This document shows positions 9,640 to 19,179 of a DNA stretch of 42,875 bases, piece after piece (the stretch's first letter is position 1; the number at the start of each line of letters is the position of its first letter). The stretch covers positions 1 through 42,875 of the forward strand of contig JBEIJY010000018.1 of assembly GCA_040380025.1 (NCBI GenBank). The letters are read 5' to 3'. This stretch comes from Bdellovibrionales bacterium (GTDB lineage: Bacteria; Bdellovibrionota; UBA1018; CAIMNF01). Position numbers and translations under genes: made by a program. The notes beneath the pieces were generated by a model. It was not told the origin of the DNA. It searched no databases and saw nothing but the letters and a program-made list of their open reading frames with translations.

Positions 9640-11109
9640 ATGGCGAATGCAAATGAGGCAAGCCGCGCAACCAAGCTGAAGACCGGCATATTTACGGTCG
9701 TGGGCCTTCTTTTTCTCGGGGCACTCACGGTCTATGTGAACAACCGTCCCTTCTGGTGGCGCCAGTGCGAGCCGATCCAGGTGACGGTCGAGGATGCGAC
9801 GGGGCTCAAGACAAAATCCCCGGTGAAATCCCTTGGCCTTGAGATCGGATACATCTCGGACATCGGCCTCGTGAAGTCCGGTGTGAATCTGCGCGTTTGT
9901 GTCACGGCTCCGGTGGCGATCCTGCCGGAGACGAAGGCCTACGTTCGGAGTGAGGGGTTTCTGGGTGACCGCTTCTTGGAGTTGAAGCCCGTCCGGTATA
10001 CCGGCGATCACTTTGTGGACGAAGAGTCGGGTTCCGAGGAGCGTGTTCCCCGCGAATCCCCGAAGCCCGAGTCAAGTCAGGCGAAAAAAGAAAAACCCTC
10101 CCGGGTCGCCCGGATTTCTTCCGGGGGCCTCCGCCTCCTGATGGCGGCCGCATGGTTCTCGGTCGAGGCACGAGCGCAAAAAGCGAAAAATGTTCCGGTC
10201 GGCGAACAGTCCGCCGACATGCAGGAGCTCATGAGCGAAATGAAGGCGCTCACGACTTCGCTCAAGGAGTCCATCAACCCGGACGAGATCCGCTCGACAA
10301 TCCGGCAGTTGAACCGCACTCTCGAAGAGGCGTCAAAAACATTCTCGCCCCAGGGGGGACTCACTCAGACGGCCCAGCGGTCCTTGATCAAGCTCGAGGA
10401 CGCCATCGAACAAATGCGCGATCAGATGACCCGGGTCAATCAGGGACAAGGCTCGGTCGGGATGGTGTTGAACGACCCGGTGTATGCCGAGGAGCTCAAG
10501 AAAGCCCTGAAGGCCATGAACAAGCTGCTCGGGCGGGCAAGCGAGATGAAGCTCATGATGAATCTCGGCATTCATCAGCTGACCGCATTTCATGCCGCAA
10601 GGGCGTCGGTTCAGCTCACAATCCAACCCAAGCCAGATCGGTATTACCTGATCGGGCTCGATATGGATCCCCGGGGGGTTTACTCCCAGAACATCACGAC
10701 TGCCGAGATCGGCGGTTCTTCGACCACGGTGCGTTCCACGGTCCAGCAAATCGGCGGATTCAATTTCACCGCCATGTTCGGAAAGATCCTGAAAGAGCGG
10801 TTTGACGTGAGCGTGGGGCTTCTTCGGGGGGATGGTGCGGCCACCTTCGGAGTGAATCTCGGGCCAGAAGAGGATTTGACCCAGTTCCAGATAAAAACGG
10901 ACTTGTATTTTCGTCCGAAGACCCTGAACGGGGTGTGGACCGCACAAGCGGATAGCCGTATCTACCTGATTTATCAGCCTGTTTCTGTTTTTTATGCGAT
11001 CGGAGGAGTAGAGGGGTTCCGTCAGGTGAATGGAGCCTTTTCGGCCTTCTTCGGCGGCGGGATGCGCTTTGAGGACGAAGACATCAAACTTTTGCTCTCG
11101 TTCTTGTAA
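9640..11109 (+). CDS. mlaD: MlaD/MCE-family protein with helical region and beta-rich C-terminal extension
   Basis: N-terminal TM, MCE motifs ATGLKTKSPV...GLEIG and GFLGDRFLEL; GQGSVGMVLND; follows mlaE. Confidence 0.85.
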   Translation: MANANEASRATKLKTGIFTVVGLLFLGALTVYVNNRPFWWRQCEPIQVTVEDATGLKTKSPVKSLGLEIGYISDIGLVKSGVNLRVCVTAPVAILPETKAYVRSEGFLGDRFLELKPVRYTGDHFVDEESGSEERVPRESPKPESSQAKKEKPSRVARISSGGLRLLMAAAWFSVEARAQKAKNVPVGEQSADMQELMSEMKALTTSLKESINPDEIRSTIRQLNRTLEEASKTFSPQGGLTQTAQRSLIKLEDAIEQMRDQMTRVNQGQGSVGMVLNDPVYAEELKKALKAMNKLLGRASEMKLMMNLGIHQLTAFHAARASVQLTIQPKPDRYYLIGLDMDPRGVYSQNITTAEIGGSSTTVRSTVQQIGGFNFTAMFGKILKERFDVSVGLLRGDGAATFGVNLGPEEDLTQFQIKTDLYFRPKTLNGVWTAQADSRIYLIYQPVSVFYAIGGVEGFRQVNGAFSAFFGGGMRFEDEDIKLLLSFL

Positions 11110-11232
11110 TTTCTCCCGTTTTCGCCTATTCTCGCGATTCCGTATCAACGGCGCCCCGACGAGGCTGTGTGTCAGCAGCCGTTTTGAAGAGGAATGGTCC
11201 TCTCCCGGGTGATTATTGGAGTACGAACTCAA

Positions 11233-11403
11233 ATGCGTGAAAAAGTAAGGCTGATCTCATCAGCAAAAACAGGCTACAGCTACTATACCACCAAGAACAA
11301 ACAGAAGCAGACCGACAAGATCCAGCTCAAGAAGTATGATCCGGTCGTGCGCAAGCACGTGCTGTTCACCGAAACCAAAATGCCGAGCCACTCCAAGAAG
11401 TAA
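11233..11403 (+). CDS. rpmG: 50S ribosomal protein L33 (Cys-free form)
   Basis: [23 protein letters not shown]...[15 protein letters not shown]. Confidence 0.96.
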   Translation: MREKVRLISSAKTGYSYYTTKNKQKQTDKIQLKKYDPVVRKHVLFTETKMPSHSKK

Positions 11404-11421
11404 GCGGGGAGATTAAGAATC

Positions 11422-11673
11422 ATGAAAGAAAATATCCATCCTGTTTATCGTGACGTTGTGTTCAAGGATCTCCAGAGCGGGTTCGAGTTCCTGACTCGTT
11501 CCACCGTTCAGACCAAAGAGACCATCAAGTGGTCCGATGGCAAAGAGTATCCTTTGGCCAAGGTCGAGATCTCCTCGAAGTCCCATCCGTTCTACACCGG
11601 TCAAGATCGCCGCGTAGATACCACCGGACGCGTCGAGAAGTTCATGAACAAGTACAAGAACCTCAAGAAATAA
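11422..11673 (+). CDS. rpmE2: 50S ribosomal protein L31, type B (Cys-free)
   Basis: [27 protein letters not shown]; no cysteines. Confidence 0.95.
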   Translation: MKENIHPVYRDVVFKDLQSGFEFLTRSTVQTKETIKWSDGKEYPLAKVEISSKSHPFYTGQDRRVDTTGRVEKFMNKYKNLKK

Positions 11674-11717
11674 GGTTTCCTCCAATGGTAAAACGCCGCG
11701 CAAGCGGCGGTTTGCCT

Positions 11718-11758
11718 GGGCCTTCCTCCTTTAGCCGGGAGGGAGGCCCTTTTTTTTT
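11718..11758 (+). terminator. Rho-independent terminator after rpmG-L31
   Basis: gggccttcctcc-tttagccg-ggagggaggccc stem followed by a T9 tract; a second hairpin (cgccgc gcaa gcggcg) lies just upstream at ~11694-11709. Confidence 0.85.
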
Positions 11759-12693
11759 CAGAGAAACATCTTCATCCAAAGAAGATTGCGGTCGAAGATC
11801 AGAGTGTTCGCCTTGGATGCAAGTCGCGGTTTTCCGCAAAACGAAACCGAAGTTCCCGCTTCTTCCATCATCAGGATGTCATTCGCGCCATCTCCGGCGA
11901 CGATCACCTCGTCCCGGGAAAGCCCGAGACGGTTCTTCAGCTCCGAAACAATCTCGCGCTTCCTTGCCGCATCCACGATCCGTCCCTCGAGTTCTCCCGT
12001 CAGGAGCCCGTTCGCGTCGGCGGCGAGGGCATTGCCGAAGACATGATCCAATCCCAGCGTTTTTTTGAAATGCTCGAGAATGACCTCGAATCCCCCGCTG
12101 ATCACGGCCGTTCTGATTCCCTGCGATCGGAGACTGGAAAGCAATTCTTTGCCTCCCGGACTGACCGTGAGCGAGGAAATCACCTCTGTGACCCGTTCCT
12201 GTTCGAGTCCCCGGAACAGCGCGACCCGCGCCCTCAGGCTTTGCTCGAAGTCGAGTTTTCCTTGCATGGACTGCTCCGTGATCGCCGAGACTTCCTCGTA
12301 AAATCCGGCTTTGCGCGCGATTTCGTCGATCACCTCCTGGTCGATCAGCGTGCTGTCCATGTCAAAGCAGACGAGTTTTTTCGGGGTTTCCAAGGTCTTT
12401 CGAGAAAGGCAGGCCACGGCAAAGGGGCGAGGCACCGGAAGGGCGCCCGAGAGAACCTCCCGCCAGACCGTGTCTTTGATGAGTTCTGGTGAGAGCCCCG
12501 GTGCGGGTTCCGGAAGATCGAATCGAAGATGCAGGGAATCCCTTGGCTCGTGCAGCAGCGCGGACGTTGCCGAATTGGCAGGAAAGGAAAAGCCCGCATT
12601 GCGGAGCGCGCGTTCCAGGTGCGAAGAAAGGGCGTCGAGCGCCTCACGGTCAAGAACCGGACTGATCCAGATCAGCTGGTGGGAAGAGCGCAT
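11758..12693 (-). CDS. serB: Phosphoserine phosphatase (HAD family)
   Basis: FDMDSTLI, SLRARVAL, ISGGF, GDGANDILM. Confidence 0.92.
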   Translation of the reverse strand: MRSSHQLIWISPVLDREALDALSSHLERALRNAGFSFPANSATSALLHEPRDSLHLRFDLPEPAPGLSPELIKDTVWREVLSGALPVPRPFAVACLSRKTLETPKKLVCFDMDSTLIDQEVIDEIARKAGFYEEVSAITEQSMQGKLDFEQSLRARVALFRGLEQERVTEVISSLTVSPGGKELLSSLRSQGIRTAVISGGFEVILEHFKKTLGLDHVFGNALAADANGLLTGELEGRIVDAARKREIVSELKNRLGLSRDEVIVAGDGANDILMMEEAGTSVSFCGKPRLASKANTLIFDRNLLWMKMFL

Positions 12694-12762
12694 GATCTAC
12701 CCGAGTTTCCCAGTCAAATCAGGTCTTGGCAAGCGTGTTTTGCATTGGTAGCTCTTGAAATC

Positions 12763-14055
12763 ATGGCGATTTCGACAGAACCGTACAAGGGCACGCGCGA
12801 TTTTTATCCGAAGGACATGCAGCTCCGGAACTGGATGTTCGGGAAACTCGCGACCACCGCGCGTTCGTTCGGATACCTCGAGTACGGGGGACCCATGATC
12901 GAGAGTTTTGATCTTTATGCCGCGAAATCGGGCGAAGAAATCGTGAATCAACAGCTGTACAGCTTCGTCGACCGCGGCGATCGCAAGGTGGCCGTCCGGC
13001 CCGAGATGACGCCGACCATGGCGCGATTGGTGGCAGCGCGGATCAACGAGCTTCCCCGGCCGATCCGGTTGTTCAGCATTCCGAACCTCTGGCGCTACGA
13101 GCGTCCGCAAAAAGGCCGCTTGCGCGAGCATTGGCAACTCAATGTGGATGTTCTGGGAGGGGATGCCGTTCTGGCCGAAACCGAGATCCTCACGCTCGCG
13201 ATCGACATCATGGCGGCCTTCGGTGGAGAAGACCGGATCCAGGTCCGCGTGAATCATCGAAAACTGATGGATGCGTTCTTTTCCGCGCATCTCGGCCTCT
13301 CGCCCGAACAAACCCTTCGAGTCGTGAAAGCCATCGACGCCAAAGACAAGATCGGCGAAGAAAAATTCCAGACGCTTCTCGCCGATGCTGGCGTGCGCGA
13401 AGATCAGATCGCCGGTCTCCGGAAGTTCTTCGTGTCGTCGCTGGACGAAATCGCACGCGATCTGCCCTGCGAGGGCGCAACTCATCTTCAAACGCTCTTT
13501 CGCATGCTCGAAGAGTCCGGGGCTTCGGGGCAGGTGGTGTTCGATCCCACGATCATGCGGGGGCTTGATTATTACACCGGCACGGTGTTCGAGATTTTTG
13601 ACGTGAGCCCCGAGAATCGAAGGGCCATGTTTGGTGGCGGCCGCTACGACAATCTTGTTGGGATGTTCGGCAAGGAATCCCTTTCGGGAGTCGGGTTCGG
13701 CATGGGCGATGTTTCGCTTCAGAACTTCCTCGAGACTCACGGGCTTGTTCCGAAGTTCGAAAGCGAGATCGACGTGATGGTGACTCTTCCGTCGCTCGAA
13801 ACGCGGGGGATCGCCGAATCGATCGCGCGGAGTCTCCGGAATGCCGGGTTCCGGGTGGCGACCCCGCTTCAAACGGGCGGCTTCGGTGCCCAGCTGAAGC
13901 TCGCAAACCGGCACGAGGCCAAGGTCGTGGTTCTTTTCGGCGAAAGCGAACTCGCAAAAGGCGAGGTGATCCTGAAGGTGCTCGCGACCGGAGAACAGCT
14001 TCAGGTCAAAAAAGAAGACACCGTATCGCGGATTCTCTCGATTCTCGGATCGTGA
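12763..14055 (+). CDS. hisS: Histidyl-tRNA synthetase
   Basis: KGTRDFYP, RPEMT, WRYERPQKGRLREHWQ, RGLDYYTG, GGGRYD. Confidence 0.97.
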   Translation: MAISTEPYKGTRDFYPKDMQLRNWMFGKLATTARSFGYLEYGGPMIESFDLYAAKSGEEIVNQQLYSFVDRGDRKVAVRPEMTPTMARLVAARINELPRPIRLFSIPNLWRYERPQKGRLREHWQLNVDVLGGDAVLAETEILTLAIDIMAAFGGEDRIQVRVNHRKLMDAFFSAHLGLSPEQTLRVVKAIDAKDKIGEEKFQTLLADAGVREDQIAGLRKFFVSSLDEIARDLPCEGATHLQTLFRMLEESGASGQVVFDPTIMRGLDYYTGTVFEIFDVSPENRRAMFGGGRYDNLVGMFGKESLSGVGFGMGDVSLQNFLETHGLVPKFESEIDVMVTLPSLETRGIAESIARSLRNAGFRVATPLQTGGFGAQLKLANRHEAKVVVLFGESELAKGEVILKVLATGEQLQVKKEDTVSRILSILGS

Positions 14056-14059
14056 TTCG

Positions 14060-14085
14060 AAGCGCACTCAAAGGGGGCAATTCGA
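14060..14085. repeat. Solo arm of the palindromic repeat family
   Basis: aagcgcactcaaagggggcaattcga matches the right terminal arm at 3966-3991. Confidence 0.7.
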
Positions 14086-14098
14086 TCGGCCGCTCCGC

Positions 14099-14404
14099 TC
14101 AATTCAAGATCTGGATCAAGACAAACGGATGGACCACGACCGAAAGAAACGGGAGGTTCAGGTTTTTTTCCCAATGTTCGAGCTGATTCGCATTCGGCTT
14201 GGTCAGGAGCCCGTCCCCGATCCACTCCGCGACCCGCGCCTGATCGTTCTCGGCGATTTTCACGGCGGCTTCCAAGAGAGCAAGTTCGGGCGCCACGAGA
14301 ATGATCCCGTCCCGAACCAGATGTCGACGCAGGTCAGACCAAGCGACCTGACCGATCGAGGCTTGGAGTTCCCGCTCGAGCGCTTCGCGTTTCGAATCGC
14401 TCAT
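14099..14404 (-). CDS. DUF2288-family protein
   Basis: WSDLRRHLVRDGIILV, V-x-x-WI...L-x-KP, VVHPFVLIQ pattern. Confidence 0.8.
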   Translation of the reverse strand: MSDSKREALERELQASIGQVAWSDLRRHLVRDGIILVAPELALLEAAVKIAENDQARVAEWIGDGLLTKPNANQLEHWEKNLNLPFLSVVVHPFVLIQILN

Positions 14405-14841
14405 CGCGGTTTCTCCTCGCAAAAGAGGTCAAACGACAATTGTTTGTGATGCTTCGAACTCGCGGGGATCGAAAGTACTCCCTCACAGATACGCGGGCCA
14501 TCCCATCCTGAGATCGCCGGATTTCGAAACACATGGACCGGTCCGAAGGGGGAGGGTCTGGGCTCTTGTTCCCGGATCCATTGGCCGCCAAAACGGCGAG
14601 ACTTCAAAAGAGTCTGTTGTTCTCGGATCAGTTTCGCGCACAGATCCGCCGATTCCTGGCTCTCCTGACAGAAGACGGGATCGGCTTCAAAATCCCGGAG
14701 AGCGTCCCGATATGAATTCCGGATGAGCGTGGCAGATCGCGGATGATGCTCGATGAAGTCAAAAAGGGTCGAAGCGAAGGCTCCGGCGGGGAGGAGAAAC
14801 AAAAATGCAGCAATCATGAGGAAAACTCCCGGTTCGGTCAA
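14401..14841 (-). CDS. Hypothetical exported protein (start may be 14817)
   Basis: Signal-peptide-like AAFLFLLPAGAFA; stop overlaps the DUF2288 start; no family recognised. Confidence 0.55.
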   Translation of the reverse strand: MTEPGVFLMIAAFLFLLPAGAFASTLFDFIEHHPRSATLIRNSYRDALRDFEADPVFCQESQESADLCAKLIREQQTLLKSRRFGGQWIREQEPRPSPFGPVHVFRNPAISGWDGPRICEGVLSIPASSKHHKQLSFDLFCEEKPR

Positions 14842-14917
14842 AAGATGTCTGCTTTTTTTCAGGGTTTGGCAAGTCCCGTTTTGAATTCTCCGGAGGTCTT
14901 TGCTAAAATCAAAACCA

Positions 14918-15340
14918 ATGAAGATGCTGAAAATTCAAAGGCTCGATCCCGCGGCGCGAATCCCGGTGCGTGCTCACGCGCACGATGCCGGCCTCGATCT
15001 GTTTGCCTTGGAGCGTCATAGTCTCTCTCCGGGTGAGGGAAAGGTGTTTCGGACGGGAATCGCGATCGAGATCGATCCGGGCTTCGTCGGGTTGGTCTGG
15101 GATCGTTCTTCCATGGGAAAACGCGGCATCAAGACCATGGGGGGCGTGATTGATTCGGGGTACAGGGGCGAAGTGGGAGTGATTCTCTGGAATCTCTCCA
15201 GCCAGTCCCAAGAGATTCTGGCGGGCGACAAGATCGCCCAGCTTTTGATTCAGCCGGTGGCCACACCCGAGGTGGGGGAAGTCGAGCTTCTCTCGAATTC
15301 CGAGCGGGGTACGGGCGGTTTCGGAAGCACGGGGAAGTAA
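14918..15340 (+). CDS. dut: dUTP diphosphatase
   Basis: AGLDL, RSSM, GVIDSGYRGE, GDKIAQL, RGTGGFGSTG. Confidence 0.96.
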   Translation: MKMLKIQRLDPAARIPVRAHAHDAGLDLFALERHSLSPGEGKVFRTGIAIEIDPGFVGLVWDRSSMGKRGIKTMGGVIDSGYRGEVGVILWNLSSQSQEILAGDKIAQLLIQPVATPEVGEVELLSNSERGTGGFGSTGK

Positions 15341-15377
15341 GGGCGTTCTTCGAATCGATTTTTCATGGAGGGGGATC

Positions 15378-16148
15378 ATGATCCGGTTTGCTTTGTCCTT
15401 GGTTTTGTTCTTGGTTCTTGCAGAGAGCGTTTTTGCCATGGATCAGTTGACGTTGATCAACGGGCAAATGGTGGAGGGCACGATCGTCAAGGATGTGCCC
15501 GGGCGCCATATTGATATCAAGCTCATCAACGGGCAGACCAAACGCTATCGCCACTCCGATATCGCATCAATCGACCGCGACGTCCCCTCCGACGCCGCTC
15601 CGGCGGCGGGTGGCAGTGAGAACAGCGCTTGGTTTTCGGTGCTTCTGGGCGGGTATCTGAATCTGACCACGATGAACAATGCCGCTACTTTGGGGGTCAA
15701 CTCCGGTTCCCCGATGCTGTTCGATTTCGGGGTGAAGTTCGGATTGATCGCGTCCGATCTTGATTTCGCGAAGCTCGCCTTCGCTCTCAGTTACGACTAC
15801 GTGTTTGATCCGAACAGCAACAACAACAGTTTTTTTTATGTTTCCCGGTCCTACCACGATCTGAATGTCCAGGCGCTTTTCACCCGACTCGGAAAAAGCG
15901 GATTTTATTTCGGTCCGACTCTGGGGTTTGCCATTTTTCCCCAGCAAAACCAGCTGGGAATCAGCACCATGAATCAGAACCGGGCGACGAGCCTGTTCCA
16001 GGCGGGGGCGGTTGCCGGTTATGAATTTCTCGTTTCCGAGGGCTTGTCCATCGGTCCGGACCTCCGGTTCCAGAGCATTCTCTCGGACTCGGCCCTGTTC
16101 CGGGCGAATGTGCTCAAATTCTCGGCACAGATGAATCTTTACTTCTGA
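15378..16148 (+). CDS. Exported protein with probable C-terminal outer-membrane beta-barrel
   Basis: Signal peptide, small N-terminal beta domain (L-x-NG-x-x-VEG-x-I), amphipathic strands, terminal Phe (MNLYF). Confidence 0.65.
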   Translation: MIRFALSLVLFLVLAESVFAMDQLTLINGQMVEGTIVKDVPGRHIDIKLINGQTKRYRHSDIASIDRDVPSDAAPAAGGSENSAWFSVLLGGYLNLTTMNNAATLGVNSGSPMLFDFGVKFGLIASDLDFAKLAFALSYDYVFDPNSNNNSFFYVSRSYHDLNVQALFTRLGKSGFYFGPTLGFAIFPQQNQLGISTMNQNRATSLFQAGAVAGYEFLVSEGLSIGPDLRFQSILSDSALFRANVLKFSAQMNLYF

Positions 16149-16663
16149 AGGACCGGCAGAACACTCTCCGCAAGGAGGATGTGGTCTTTTTCCTCTTCCG
16201 CAATTCTCTGAAACAGTGCGGCTGTGACGGGGTCGAAGCGCAAAAGGGTTTCGTGGAATTTCTCGCCTGCGACCCGTCCGCGTTCTTCGGCGTTCGCCAT
16301 GAAGCGGGCGAATTCATCCGGGGTCGCACACCGGTCGAAGGAACGCCAGAGGGCAAGCGAGAGGGGACGTTCCGCAACATCTACCGAAAGCTCCTCCATC
16401 CGCGCCAAAAGCCAGTCCATGTGTTTTTTTTCCTCGCGGGCCAGGGTCCGCCAGAGCGAGCGGGCCTCGTCCGGAAGCGCTTCGAACGATTCCGCGGCAA
16501 GGGCGAAGGCATGATGCGCTTGTTTTTCGGCGAACGCGACGAAGCGCAGGCGGTCTCCGAGCCCCTCGCGGGTCGAGAGCGAGCGGGGCTCCGGCGCCTT
16601 TTCTCCGTCCGCACAAATGCGGAAGGGCGCCCAGTCTATCGGTGCTTCCGAAAATCGTCCCAC
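16139..16663 (-). CDS. Ferritin-like di-iron protein (DUF455-like)
   Basis: Two ExxH motifs (EEKKH, EEKDH) plus Glu in FAEKQA and AEERG. Confidence 0.72.
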   Translation of the reverse strand: MGRFSEAPIDWAPFRICADGEKAPEPRSLSTREGLGDRLRFVAFAEKQAHHAFALAAESFEALPDEARSLWRTLAREEKKHMDWLLARMEELSVDVAERPLSLALWRSFDRCATPDEFARFMANAEERGRVAGEKFHETLLRFDPVTAALFQRIAEEEKDHILLAESVLPVLQK

Positions 16664-17073
16664 GATTCCGCCATTCTCAGGATGATTTCAAATTCCTTGC
16701 CGCCCACTTCCATGCACGACAGCCTTGATTGCCGGATCAGGGGCATCTCGCGGAGTGCCGGGGTGCTTTTGATTTTCGCAAGCGACACCGGTTTTTTCAG
16801 CTTCATCACGAACCGCACATCGATCTGCGACCAGTCGCCGGGATGGTCCGGGTCCGGATCGGGATACGCCTCCTTGCACACGCGGGCGATCCCTACGACC
16901 GCACGATCGTCGTTGCTGTGGTAAATCAGCGCGAATTCGTCTTTTTTGCACGAGCGGAGCACATTCCGCGCCTGGAAATTCCGGACATGATCCCAGTTCG
17001 TGCGACCATCCTTCTCCAGGCGGTCGATCGAGTAGACCTCGGGTTCGGATTTCAAAAGCCAGAATTTTCCCAT
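16636..17073 (-). CDS. EVE-domain protein
   Basis: WLLKSEP, WDHVRNFQARN, YHSN, SRLS. Confidence 0.93.
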   Translation of the reverse strand: MGKFWLLKSEPEVYSIDRLEKDGRTNWDHVRNFQARNVLRSCKKDEFALIYHSNDDRAVVGIARVCKEAYPDPDPDHPGDWSQIDVRFVMKLKKPVSLAKIKSTPALREMPLIRQSRLSCMEVGGKEFEIILRMAESWDDFRKHR

Positions 17074-17144
17074 GCGATTCCGTCTAACAAAGCCAAAACT
17101 TTGTCGCAAGATGAAGTTTCCCGGGATGTGGTAAACTAGGTGCG

Positions 17145-18122
17145 ATGAGGCCATTTTCTGCGCGTGTGCTGATCTGTCTGACTGCCGTTCTGCCGTTTCT
17201 GATCTCCTCCTGCATGCGGAGCCAGGGGATCCGCAAGGATCGCGATTTCCACGAGGAGTCATCGGACGGGTACTATCAGGAGGGAGAATCCCGCGGAAAA
17301 TCCGAAGTGATCGAGCGACTGAAGGGACCGAAAAAAAAGGTGCTCGTGCTTTCGTTCTGGAACGATACGCCGACCGGCGACGAGGCGCTCGGTGATTTTG
17401 TCGCCTCCGAGCTCCGGCGCGAGATCTCGCTTGGCGGAAAGGTCCTTCTTCCGGACGAGAAAATGGTCACCTCGGTTACGAAGGATTTCGTGGACGGAGA
17501 CCGCGTGCAGATCGCGCAACTCGTTCGGGAGGGGCGCCGGTTCGGGGTGTCTTGCGTGATCCTCGGCCGGATCGGAAAAATCAGCTTCCGGCAGAGCCGC
17601 GAGAAGGTCGGGATTTTCCGGCAGGCAGAGAGTGTCGCGACGGTGGATCTCGAGATGAAGGTTTTCGATGTGAGCTCGGGCCGTGAGGTGGCTACCTACC
17701 AGCGTACGGGAGCGGCGGCCAATACCGCCCGGGTCGTGATCGAAGAGGATTCCCTCTCGAATCGCGAGGCCCGCGCCGATCTCGCCAAAGAGGCGATCTA
17801 TGATGCGGTCCAAAAGCTGATTCCGGATGCCGAGCTCGCGATGGAAAAAATGGAATGGCAGGGAAGAATCGCCAAAATTGCCGGAAACAAGGTATACATC
17901 AATGCGGGTCGGGCCTCGGGGCTCCTCTCGGGAGACATCTTGAAGGTACTTTCTCCCGGCGAAGAGATCGTCGACCCGGTCACAAAGGCGTTTCTCGGGC
18001 GTTCCGAGGGATTTCTGAAGGGCACGCTCGAGGTCAGTGATTTCATCGGGACCGACAGTGCAATGACGGTGGTTCACACCGGAGGGAATTTTCAAGAAGG
18101 CGATGTGGTCCGTCTCTATTAA
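17145..18122 (+). CDS. Lipoprotein with CsgG/FlgT-like domains
   Basis: Lipobox LISSC; alpha/beta domain; C-terminal VYINAGRASGL...DPVT...LG...GDVV resembling FlgT C-terminus. Confidence 0.6.
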   Translation: MRPFSARVLICLTAVLPFLISSCMRSQGIRKDRDFHEESSDGYYQEGESRGKSEVIERLKGPKKKVLVLSFWNDTPTGDEALGDFVASELRREISLGGKVLLPDEKMVTSVTKDFVDGDRVQIAQLVREGRRFGVSCVILGRIGKISFRQSREKVGIFRQAESVATVDLEMKVFDVSSGREVATYQRTGAAANTARVVIEEDSLSNREARADLAKEAIYDAVQKLIPDAELAMEKMEWQGRIAKIAGNKVYINAGRASGLLSGDILKVLSPGEEIVDPVTKAFLGRSEGFLKGTLEVSDFIGTDSAMTVVHTGGNFQEGDVVRLY

Positions 18123-18774
18123 CCGGCATTCTCCAACCGCTCCATTCCGTTTTGCGGATCTGATCTCCCTTCAGGAAGAGGTTCTGGCGAAGGTGCGTAC
18201 GGAGCGCGGAAAGGCGCTCCTGTTCGCCGAGCTTGCCCCGGTGATCACGCTCGGAAACCGGCAGATGCTCGCTGGGGCTCCGCCACTCGAATCCTCCCGG
18301 ATCGGAACCGCCGAGGTGGTCGGAGGTGAGCGGGGCGGAAACGAAACCTGGCATGGTCCCGGCCAGTGGGTGGGGTTTGTGCTTGCGCCGCTTCTTGAAT
18401 TCACCGGCGATTCCCGGGGCGTCCGTCGCGCGGTCCGGCTCATCCTCGAGGCCGTTTTGCCCGTGGCCGAGCTCCATGTCCCCGATGCCAAAATCGAAGA
18501 GGGCGCACGTCTCGGGATCTGGTCGGATGCAGGAAAGCTCTGTTCGGTGGGGATCAAAATCCGGGACGGATACACGAGCAGCGGGTTCGCCTTGAACTGT
18601 GTGCCGCACCCTTCGGCCTTCCTCGGTCTGAATCCGTGCGGGATCGCGGACGCGGCCCCCGACTTTTTGTTTCGCAATCGTCCACAGGGATTCGACTTCG
18701 CAGGAGAGTTCGAAAAAATTCCGACACTGATTCTTGATTCATTCGAGAAAAAAACATCTGCGACGGAATTTTAG
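18103..18774 (+). CDS. lipB: Lipoyl(octanoyl) transferase
   Basis: PVITLG, RGGNETWHGPGQ, GIW, KLCSVGI, GFALN, LNPCGI. Confidence 0.88.
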   Translation: MWSVSINRHSPTAPFRFADLISLQEEVLAKVRTERGKALLFAELAPVITLGNRQMLAGAPPLESSRIGTAEVVGGERGGNETWHGPGQWVGFVLAPLLEFTGDSRGVRRAVRLILEAVLPVAELHVPDAKIEEGARLGIWSDAGKLCSVGIKIRDGYTSSGFALNCVPHPSAFLGLNPCGIADAAPDFLFRNRPQGFDFAGEFEKIPTLILDSFEKKTSATEF

Positions 18775-18828
18775 GATTCAATTTCATCTTTCCCTTCGGT
18801 TACAATAGAAATTCAGGAGCGGGGGCGA

Positions 18829-19059
18829 ATGTTGAAAAAACCGAACACCAGAAAAATTCCGAATGCAATCCGGGCGAATGGCTATGAGCGCGGCTTTTGG
18901 TTGCTGATGGGGGCGTCTTTTTTGACGATCGCCTTTTTGGTGGTGATGGAGACCAGTCGAGCCCGCCCTTCCGGGCTTCAGTTCATGAAAAAGGTCGAGA
19001 TCGAGCGGATCTCCCTCGAAGAGGCCCATCGGGTCGATGTAAATAAACGAAATAATTGA
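18829..19059 (+). CDS. Small hypothetical single-TM protein
   Basis: AGGAG upstream, one hydrophobic helix, fills an intergenic gap. Confidence 0.5.
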   Translation: MLKKPNTRKIPNAIRANGYERGFWLLMGASFLTIAFLVVMETSRARPSGLQFMKKVEIERISLEEAHRVDVNKRNN

Positions 19060-19179
19060 TTTTTTCGCAAGTCCTGCCCGCGAGCGCGGATCGACTCAAT
19101 TTTTCGGCATCTTTTTCCGATCAGGATAGTACACTAATAAGCAGGGGATCTGCTTTTGGTGAGTCGGGAGGGGAAGTCA

